A stretch of DNA of 63,969 nucleotides, counting the filler, from Octopus bimaculoides (taxonomy: Eukaryota): the NCBI RefSeq assembly GCF_001194135.2. It is 6 parts of 6 records of this genome, joined end to end, with 100 filler letters (N's around TTAATTAATTAA, not from the genome) between each part and the next. Parts side by side here need not be neighbours in the genome. Positions count along the whole stretch, not along the records: positions 31,014 to 56,001 come from NC_068990.1; 5 more parts are not named here. One strand, written 5' to 3'. A program made the position numbers and the translations under genes. The notes under the pieces were generated by a model. The model was not told the origin of the DNA and ran no database searches. It saw only the letters and a list, made by a program, of their open reading frames with translations. Shown here in pieces: positions 40,265 to 48,826 of this stretch (positions within the stretch are counted from its first letter, which is position 1; the number at the start of each line of letters is the position of its first letter).

Positions 40265-40808
40265 CATACATATTATGTATATAAATTTAGTAGTATAATA
40301 TACAGAAAATGGAGAGTATGAATACAGCAAAATCAATTTATTTACATAACTGTCGATTACTTAACGTCTACGACCCTTTCAGTTTCCACCTTCATTTCTT
40401 TTACAATTAACAATTGCATTCTGTATGTGCGTATGTTTATGTATTATTGTCTGTGCATGTGTGTGTTGTATGTATATATATATATATATATATATACGTC
40501 CGACTGCAGGTAAAATTTAAAGGTTCAATGTTCGAGTTAATGTGCTTAAGCATGACAAAATATGTTTGGGCCAAAACCTCATCGAAATCTGATTGGATTT
40601 TATCTTTAAGTGAAAGAGACCACATTTCTCTTACACTGATTTTGATTCTGTATGAGAATTATGTAAATTATACAGGTGTCTACGGAATAACATAGCTCTT
40701 TCATTTAAATCTTAAGCAGTCTATAAATCAAATGATTAGCACTCTCATATTCGTATCAAACGGAAATAATCACACGCACAGAAACCCGCATGTAAATACA
40801 TATAGCTT

Positions 40809-41065
40809 TTTAATATTCTCCCAAGGGGCCTGAGTAACCTGCACAAAATAGATGTAGGCGATTTTAAATCAAAGCTGGACCTCTTCCAGTCGAGAGTCCG
40901 AGATGGACCTACCTCACGACAAGAGGTGGAAATGAGGGTACTTACATCAAACTCCATTCTTCACCAAGTGGCACATATTGGAGGAGGCTCACAGTAATAA
41001 CAGCGTAGCAAAACGGCGGTGCATCAGCATGGCTGCAGCTCTGAGTTGAAACTACTGAAAAAAAA
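40809..41065 (+). pseudogene. 3' end of a LINE (probably CR1 superfamily): ORF2 C-terminus and 3' UTR
   Basis: Open frame FNILPRGLSNLHKIDVGDFKSKLDLFQSRVRDGPTSRQEVEMRVLTSNSILHQ...* (stop at 40995-97), then a short UTR and A-rich tail. The clade assignment rests on motif resemblance only. Confidence 0.7.
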
Positions 41066-41242
41066 TATGTATACGTATATCCAGAACTACCTACTTGCCT
41101 ACATACGTATATACAGACCCACCTACTTCCCTACATACATACATACATACATACATACATACATACATACATACATACATAGACATAGACATAGACATAG
41201 ACATACATGTATGCATGTATGTAAGTTTGTTATTTTCGAGAC

Positions 41243-41460
41243 TAGTGGTTAGGATGTCGCACTCACGGTCGCGAGATCGTGATTTCAATTCCTAGACTGG
41301 GTGGTTCGTTGTGTTCTTGAGCAGAACACTTCATCTCACGTTGCTCAGCGATCACTTCGACATGTAACATGTGGTACATTGTGCACCTGTTCTGAGAACG
41401 TCGATTTTCTGGAGAGAATGAGCTAATGTCCGGTACGAAGATTTGATCACTATAAACATA
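41243..41460 (+). mobile_element. SINE family D head/CORE, tail type 3
   Basis: AGTGGTTAGGATGTCGCACTC...GTGTTCTTGAGCAGAACACTTCATCTCACGTTGCTC. Confidence 0.75.
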
Positions 41461-41527
41461 TCCTTTGCGCAGGTCATTCAGCAAAGAACTGAACCTTCAT
41501 ACGTCGACTTCGGTGTTAGAGTCCATC

Positions 41528-41578
<51 letters not shown>

Positions 41579-42102
41579 NNNNNNNNNNNNNNNNNNNNNN
41601 NNNNNNNNNNNNNNNNNNNNNNNNNNNNNNNNNNNNNNNNNNNNNNNNNNNNNNNNNNNNNNNNNNNNNNNNNNNNNNNNNNNNNNNNNNNNNNNNNNNN
41701 NNNNNNNNNNNNNNNNNNNNNNNNNNNNNNNNNNNNNNNNNNNNNNNNNNNNNNNNNNNNNNNNNNNNNNNNNNNNNNNNNNNNNNNNNNNNNNNNNNNN
41801 NNNNNNNNNNNNNNNNNNNNNNNNNNNNNNNNNNNNNNNNNNNNNNNNNNNNNNNNNNNNNNNNNNNNNNNNNNNNNNNNNNNNNNNNNNNNNNNNNNNN
41901 NNNNNNNNNNNNNNNNNNNNNNNNNNNNNNNNNNNNNNNNNNNNNNNNNNNNNNNNNNNNNNNNNNNNNNNNNNNNNNNNNNNNNNNNNNNNNNNNNNNN
42001 NNNNNNNNNNNNNNNNNNNNNNNNNNNNNNNNNNNNNNNNNNNNNNNNNNNNNNNNNNNNNNNNNNNNNNNNNNNNNNNNNNNNNNNNNNNNNNNNNNNN
42101 NN

Positions 42103-42140
<38 letters not shown>

Positions 42141-42667
42141 ATGGAGGTTATTTACTCTTTGAATATATTTACTTCGCTTTCTAGAAATATGTAGAGAAAG
42201 ACGATCAAACACAGACATATAAAAAGAATTTGTGATAAAAGATGTGAAATATTCATAAAATGTTATGATAAAAGAAATTCTCAGATCGTTAATGGTATGT
42301 TAATATTCTTCTGATAATCGGAGAGGATGGTGGGAGCAATAGTTTTATATAAAGTTTGTTATTTAACAAACAATTGACGACAGTTCTTAGCGTTCGCTGT
42401 GTGTTGTATGTAAGACAAGGAATAAACTCAGAAGGGATAGTGAAGAAGAGTGCTGTATAGTGAATAGCGATATATACGTGTCTTGCTTGAAAGTGGATTG
42501 TTTTTCGGTGAAATTAAATTCTGTTGTTTCTGAAGGAAATCATTGTCTTTAAATATTCAATGTTTCTATCTCAGATTTATCCCTCGAAGATGGAAGTAAT
42601 TGTATAACAATACTTACATGATTTATGCAAAAATGTAGTGAAAGAATAAAATAAAGACAGTCCTTAC

Positions 42668-42723
42668 ATCAATGGCATTAAAATCGGTCTCATACGCAAG
42701 GTATCGAACTCTCAAGAGTTGTC
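42668..42723 (-). CDS. Candidate 56-nt internal exon, (G)QLLRVRYLAYETDFNAID
   Basis: Branch-like CTAAT, acceptor ATAACTTAG|, donor GAT|GTAAGG, phase 1 to 0. Weak resemblance to a CUB-domain strand motif. Confidence 0.3.
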
Positions 42724-43547
42724 CTAAGTTATAATGATACCATTAGATGTGTGAAGAGTTTCTTTTATTTTCTACATCTTTAAAGCATTTGACACACACA
42801 GGCACACGCGCGCGCAGACATATATATGTGAGAAATAGAGAGAAAGAGAGTGTGTGTTTGTGTATATGTATGTGTGCATGTATGCATGTATCTTATTTTC
42901 CTTTCTCTATGAAATATCTATGAAATTATATTATGTTTCTAAACCTATGAAAGAAATATCTGATATTTCTTTCACCAACAGTTATTTTTAAAAATATTAT
43001 TTATTGTTTTCCTTTTTTATCCACATCTCATTTGTTTGACTCTCCTAAGAGTTTCCCTACTCTCACATTCCTTGTCTATTATCAGTTATCCTTTTCTTCA
43101 ACCCTATTCTCCACATAAGCAACATTTTATAACGTTTTAAAAGATCTCTTCTGTCATTTAAGAGACAAAACTGTAATAATATCGTAGTCTTCAAGTCAGT
43201 AAACCATTCATTTTCTTTCTTTTTAACGTTTAGTTGAAAGGAAAGTCCAGCGACGAAAATCTATTCAGTTTGCTGGGTGCACAAGAGAGGTGGGTGGAAA
43301 TTATGCTGAAACATCTCACTTGTCTCTAGCAAATGATTGAGCTCTGTTAAAGACAGCCGAGGATTAGATAGTAATGATAAAGTAGGTGACAGATTTGCCA
43401 GTCATTTCGTTTTCGGTGAGGTACTTTAATTCTCAATGCAGTAGAGATTAAAGGAAGAGATGATCTGGTCGGAATTTGAAACGAGAGCTCAGTATTGAAG
43501 CAAAGTTATACTTTTTGAGAACATTGTCAGCAAGTAGACGTATTAAC

Positions 43548-43735
43548 TTATACAGTTCTATATTTAAGAGATGAGGAATTATGTACATTATTTACATTAT
43601 TTAGATTTGACGGATATTTGTCCTCATCATGTTTGTTGTTAACACAACGTTTCGGCTGATATACCCTCCAGCCTTCATCAGGTGTCTTGGGGTAATTTCG
43701 AACCTGGGTTCTCGTACCTAAGGTATTTTTCAATG
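43548..43735 (-). mobile_element. Short repeat carrying a hammerhead motif (Penelope-pLTR/retrozyme-like)
   Basis: Homologue at 28012-28135; contains a hammerhead core and a GATGAGGA/TCCTCATC hairpin. Confidence 0.7.
43641..43686 (-). ncRNA. Minimal type I hammerhead ribozyme (dimer-dependent)
   Basis: GACAC-CUGAUGA-A-GGCUG-[10 nt]-CAGCC-GAAAC-GUU-GUGUU: intact core, 5-bp stem II, 5-bp stem I and a loopless stem III. Confidence 0.65.
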
Positions 43736-43777
43736 TTGTTGTTATTATTATTATTATTATTATCATTATTATTATTA

Positions 43778-43820
<43 letters not shown>

Positions 43821-43836
43821 TATGCCCACGGGTATA

Positions 43837-43925
43837 TGGCGTAGTGGTTAAGAACGCGGGCTACTAACCCCAAGATTTCGAGTTCGATTCCAGGCAGTGA
43901 GCTGAATAATAATAATAATAATAAT
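43837..43925 (+). mobile_element. tRNA-derived Pol III head with (AAT)n tail
   Basis: A box TGGCGTAGTGGTT, anticodon-like arm GGG-CTACTAA-CCC, B box GAGTTCGATTCC. No acceptor stem, so not a functional tRNA. Confidence 0.75.
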
Positions 43926-44105
43926 AGAGAAAAAGTCCAAATTGTATTGAGAGTCGTTTAGAAGTTTTATTTTCAACGATTTGACTGTTTTCACAGTCTG
44001 AAAATGTGTGAAACCGGGTAAGCCTTTAAAAATTCACTATCTACAAGAATCCCAGTGAATTCTCAACCTCTTTTTTTCTATATTTCTATCCCTGTGGTAA
44101 AGAAA

Positions 44106-44207
<102 letters not shown>

Positions 44208-44708
44208 TGTGTGTAGGTATGCATGCACGCTTTTATATGCTTATATAGTTGTTTAACTGTTTACTTAAATATATTTCTTCATGCTACTGTTATACAGCAT
44301 ATAATATTTTCAATATATGCAGCATATTTTATTAATGCTCTTAGTTTTCAATCAATATAGATCTTTACTATAAACGAATAATATTGATTAAAATAACAAC
44401 AACAATATAATCCGCTTCTAAATAGTTAAGAAACCAACAATTGAAGTTTCAGAATTTTACATTTCCCAGATCTATAATTAATAGCTCTGTAAATTAAATT
44501 TTGTCTGTAATATAAAGGCGGAGAAATTGATTTTAAAGGTGTCAAATTTTTTGAAGATCAGTTAACGTCCATGTGAATTTAAATGGATAACATATTTCAG
44601 CTTCATTTCCACTGCGCTTATCTATTGCACACCAGTACTTCCTTGATCGGAGTATCTGTCTATTGTACTCAAAACCAAGTTGTTTTATCATTATTAAAGA
44701 TATCTTTA

Positions 44709-45590
44709 AGGCAGCGAGCTGGCAGAACTGTTAGCATGCCGGGCGAAATACTTAACGATGTTTCGCTTGTCTTCAAATTCGGCTTTTCATCCTTTCGGGG
44801 TCGATAAATTAAATACCAACTGAGTACTGGGGCCGATGTCATTGACTATCACTCTCCCTCAAATGTCAGGCGTTGTTCCTGTAGACAAAAGGATGATTAA
44901 AATTATTTTGAAGGCATTGAGCTGGCACAATCGTTAGCACGATGGGCAAAATGCTTAACGGCATTTCGTTCATCTTTACGTTTTGAGTTCAAATCCCACC
45001 GAGGTTGACTTTGCCATTCATCCATTTCGGGTCGATAAATTAAGTGCCGGTTGAGCACTGGTATTGATGTGATCAACTAGTCCTCTCCCCAAAAATTTCA
45101 GGCCTTGTGCCTATAGTAAAAAGGATTATTAAAGTTATATCTTCTACGAGGCGAGCCTGTAGAATCATTACCACGACGGACAAAATGCTTAGCAGCATTT
45201 CTTCCGACTTTACATTCTGAGTTCAAATACTGCCGGGGTCGACTTTCCATTTCATCCTTTCTGGGTCGATAATATAAGTACCAGTGTAACACTCAGTCAA
45301 TGTAATCGACATGTCTTTCCCCAGAAATTGCATGCCTCGTGCCAAAATTTGAAACTATTATTAAAATTATCGTTAAAGCGACGAACTGGAAGAATCGTTA
45401 CCGCGCAGGAAAAAATGCTTAACGACATTTCTTCAACACTTTACGTTCTGAGTTCCCATTCCGCTGAGATTGACATTGCCTTTCACCCTCTGGGGATCGA
45501 TAAATTACGATCCAGTAAGGCAGTGGAGAACATATAAATCGACTAGTCATCTCCAGCCCCACCAAAATTTCAGGCCTTGTCTCTATAATA
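44709..45590 (+). mobile_element. Four head-to-tail SINE family C copies
   Basis: Heads at about 44709, 44912, 45148 and 45376, each following the ATT-rich tail of the previous copy. Confidence 0.88.
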
Positions 45591-45603
45591 AACAAGTAGA
45601 CAT

Positions 45604-45641
45604 AGGCGGAGAAGTGGTTGTGTGGAAAGTAACTTGCTTAC
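45604..45641 (+). mobile_element. SINE family A head fragment, interrupted
   Basis: AGGCGGAGAAGTGGTTGTGTGGAAAGTAACTTGCTTAC aligns with the start of 39852 (GGCGCAGGCATGGCTGTGCGGTAAGGAGCTTGCTTCC). Confidence 0.6.
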
Positions 45642-45747
45642 GCGCATGCGTTGATCTATTCGCTGTGTTGATTTTTGACGAAACGGACGGAATTTTTTGA
45701 CCTGCTTGGCAGTGGTTTATCGGTGAGTGTTGTACCGGTGGAAAGGA

Positions 45748-46640
45748 ATGTATTCGGACCTTAGCGAGTATGAACTATCCTCAGCAGAGGAGGAGATTTT
45801 TAAGGCGGAAAACAGAATGGACGAGCATTTGGAAAGAGTAAAGAGTTTTGCTGAGGCTGCAGAGGTGAAGAAAAGGGAAGTGGACCTAACCGGACTGAAG
45901 GAGCTGTGTAAGATGACACAGAAGGTGGGCAGTGATGCAAAGTTATTACCCCCGAAAAGGGTTATGGAAAATATGGAAAAGAAGACCATTACCTACAAGG
46001 TGCACTCAATGGAGAGTAGGAAGGTGGAGTGGATGGAGATAGAAAAAGTAGAAAATGCTCTGAAGGGGCTTTCGAAGGAAGTGACATATATAGCGAAAAG
46101 AAATGGATATGGGACGGTGGTTGTCCAGTTTAGGACAGCGGAGGAGGCAAAGAGGCTGGCGAGTACAACTGTAAAAACGGAGGAACTTCTACCCACGTAC
46201 CTTGGAAGAAAGACTTCTAAGGTGAGGGTAGAAGGAATTCCACCCGATATGGAAGCGGCTTGGGTTGCGGCAACCGTCCTCGTTGGAAGTGAGGAGGAGG
46301 TGGCTGTCCTCCATGCCACAGAGACGGAGGAAGGAGGATATAAAGGGAAAATATCATCATACAAGCGGGGGCGAAGCAGCTGGAAAATTTGGCGGAGATG
46401 GTGACGTTGGGAGAAATAGTATTGAGAGTATGGTTAGAGTGCAGAGTTCTGCGATGCTTTGAATGTGGCCAAAAAGGCCACATTAGAGCTCACTGTCCTC
46501 TACAGAGGAAAACGACAGAAGAAGTGGCGCTGGAGACGGAGGAGAAAAAGGAAGAAGTCCAGATGCATGGAAGGAACAAGGAGGATGGATGGACAGTGAC
46601 AGAGAATAAAAGAGAAAGAAGAAGAAAACAATCAGTGTGA
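45748..46640 (+). pseudogene. ORF1 (gag-like, RRM-like region + CCHC zinc knuckle), frameshifted near 46340
   Basis: MYSDLSEY...VVVQFRTAEEAKRL...VRVEGIPPDM, then in a second frame CFECGQKGHIRAHC (CX2CX4HX4C). Confidence 0.75.
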
Positions 46641-46910
46641 TGTGGGACCCCAGACCAACTCCATCCCACCCAAGACTACTCAGACCCACCCTCCCCATAC
46701 AGACACAAAACCCACCCACCTCCTTTCCCCACAGGAAAAAAGGAAGAAAGAACAGACACCACAAAATTTACAAGACCCATCCCCGGTGAAAATGGTTACG
46801 TGAACATGGAGGAGAGAGTGTTGTCACTCAGTGAGGGGGGGGAGACTAGTTCAAAGACTAAAGAGGACTCAGGACTCAGAGGTGGGGAGTGGTGTTCCTC
46901 AGTGTGGGGT

Positions 46911-47158
46911 GACAGCGGAGGAGGCGAAGAGGCTGGCGAGTACAACTGTAAAAACGGAGGAACTTCTGTCCACGTACCTTGGATGAAAGACTTCTAAGGT
47001 GAGTGTAGAAGGAATTCCACCCGATATAGAAGCGGCTTGGGTTGCGGCAACCGTCCTCGTTGGAAGTGAGGAGGAGGTGGCTGTCCTCCATGCCACAGAG
47101 ACGGAGGAAGGAGGATATAAAGGGCAAATATCATCATACAAGCGGAGGCGAAGCAGCT
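46911..47158 (+). repeat. 248-bp direct duplication of 46134-46381
   Basis: The two segments are collinear with only scattered substitutions. Confidence 0.95.
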
Positions 47159-47743
47159 CTCAAATTATCATTCATGTACCATTATTTTAATATTTTGATT
47201 TTAATGTTTTTCATGTTCATTTTCATGTGTCATTCATAGCATCATATTTTTATTTTGTTATATGTGGGGACATGTGTTATAGTGTCCCCCTCTGTTTAAT
47301 GCCTTTATGGCACTTTAAAAGAAATAAAGTAGCCTGCTTACTCTCGACGCATGCGCCGTTAGATGTCGGCTACTGCTACTGTGAATGTCACGTCGCTTTG
47401 TGCTGCGTGAATAAGAGAAATGAAAGAGACTGGCCACAGGTATGACTTGTTTTTTTTTTTTTTTNNNNNNNNNNNNNNNNNNNNNNNNNNNNNNNNNNNN
47501 NNNNNNNNNNNNNNNNNNNNNNNNNNNNNNNNNNNNNNNNNNNNNNNNNNNNNNNNNNNNNGATTTATTGTTGTGTTATTTTTAATAGATACCTGCTGAA
47601 CTCTAAACATTTTTGTCTGCCTGTGGTGAGTGTAGTTGTACTCACTTTTTAGTGAGTTAAAATTTTTTTAGTGGCCGCGTATCTCGCCAACAAAAAGTTA
47701 GTGTGTTTTGGTGGGCGTATCTCGCAACCAAAATATTGTTTCT

Positions 47744-47866
47744 GTACCTGGTTTGCTAAAATTCCTGCTTTAGAGTACCTGGTTTGCTGTAGTTCCTGCT
47801 TCGGAGTACCTGGTTTTGCTGTTGCTACCAAGTTCCAGTTTGGGCTAGGAGTACCTGTCGCCGGGA
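47744..47866. repeat. Short tandem repeat, about 31-bp unit (GTACCTGGTTTGCT...TTCCTGCTT)
   Basis: Units start at about 47744, 47775 and 47806, with a partial unit at about 47851. Confidence 0.8.
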
Positions 47867-47977
47867 GAGTGTGTTCGTCGTGTATTTTTTTTTTAACTGT
47901 TTTCTCTTCTGTTTACTTCAAAGAGTTTTTTTTTAACTATCTCTGTAAACTGTCTTTTTTTTTTTTCTTAATAAATA

Positions 47978-48055
47978 TCCTAGGGTCGATTTGTTCGACT
48001 AAAGGTGGTGCTCCAGCATGGCTGCACTGAAATGACTGAAACAAATAAAAAAAAA
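47978..48055 (+). mobile_element. SINE family A, terminal fragment
   Basis: GGGTCGATTTGTTCGACTAAAGGTGGTGCTCCAGCATGGCTGCA...GACTGAAACAAATAAAA. Confidence 0.85.
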
Positions 48056-48339
48056 ATATCGTTTCTGCCAGCTCACCGCCTTACCAGAAATATTAACCAC
48101 AAAAAGTGTTAGCGATAACTTGGTGTAAAATTAACTTGCTACTTCAAATTTACTCGGAAGAGCCGAATATTTTATGCCGTTTTAAAATGATTAGATCATT
48201 AAGCAAACAAAGAAGCATCACCAGAAGAAATCTAATACTGTCATCTGAGAACATTCAAGTGTCAAATTAGAATTACTATTGCGATGATAAGGAAAATATA
48301 GCATTTGCTCAATAACTAGTATTTTATTTACATGAGAAG

Positions 48340-48540
48340 GTGGAAAGCTGACGGAAATGTTGGACAAAATGCTTAGTTGTATTTCTTCCGGCTCTTTTCG
48401 TTCTGAGTCCAGATCTCACTAAGGTCGACTTTGCCTTTCATCAGTTTGAGGTCGAAAAAAATAAGTATTAATTAATTACTAGGGTATACTATTCCACTTA
48501 CCATAAAATTTCTGGCCTTCAGCCAACATTAAAAAGAATT
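48340..48540 (+). mobile_element. SINE family C (diverged)
   Basis: GGACAAAATGCTTAG...AAGGTCGACTTTGCCTTTCATC. Confidence 0.75.
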
Positions 48541-48741
48541 TTAAGTACTTTGAGAGACAAAGAATACATTTTCAAATTCTTAACTTTCTCAATTGTGTAT
48601 AAATTTCCCTGTAATTTCCAAAGTATTGATAAGAGAATAATTCCGTGTGCGCAAGAATATTTGACATATTAGTACTTGAGTAAGCGGGGAAGTTACTTGA
48701 GCGGGTGAAGAGATAAATTTGCAAATATACTTCAATTTTAC

Positions 48742-48826
48742 CTGCAACGCTTTGAACATGTAATGAATCTTTGGCTAACGCGATTACAGATAAACAAAGC
48801 AGGAGGAAAAGATATGTTATTGTCAT
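48742..48826 (-). CDS. Candidate first coding exon encoding a signal peptide (MTITYLFLLLCLSVIALA|KDSLHVQSVAG)
   Basis: ATG at 48826, hydrophobic core, A-x-A cleavage motif, phase-1 donor GCAG|GTAAAA. Confidence 0.4.

Larger units (their letters stand above)
45642..47325 (+). mobile_element. Tx1/L1-like non-LTR element with ORF1 and 3' UTR but no ORF2
   Basis: 5' UTR, gag-like ORF1, AT-rich 3' UTR with AATAAA (47323-28), and a 16-bp imperfect flanking direct repeat. Confidence 0.7.

Noticed and set aside
43837-43905. tRNA-Ser(ACT) gene
   Set aside because: No acceptor stem, and it runs into (AAT)n; better explained as a SINE head.
43990-44025. 21-nt plus-strand micro-exon (TTTTCACAG|...CGG|GTAAGC)
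   Set aside because: The splice signals are good but the exon is too short to tell from chance without RNA data.
48154-48244. 91-nt open minus-strand segment with plausible splice sites, phase-compatible with the signal-peptide exon
   Set aside because: The composition matches AT-rich intron, the donor is weak, and such a match is expected by chance.
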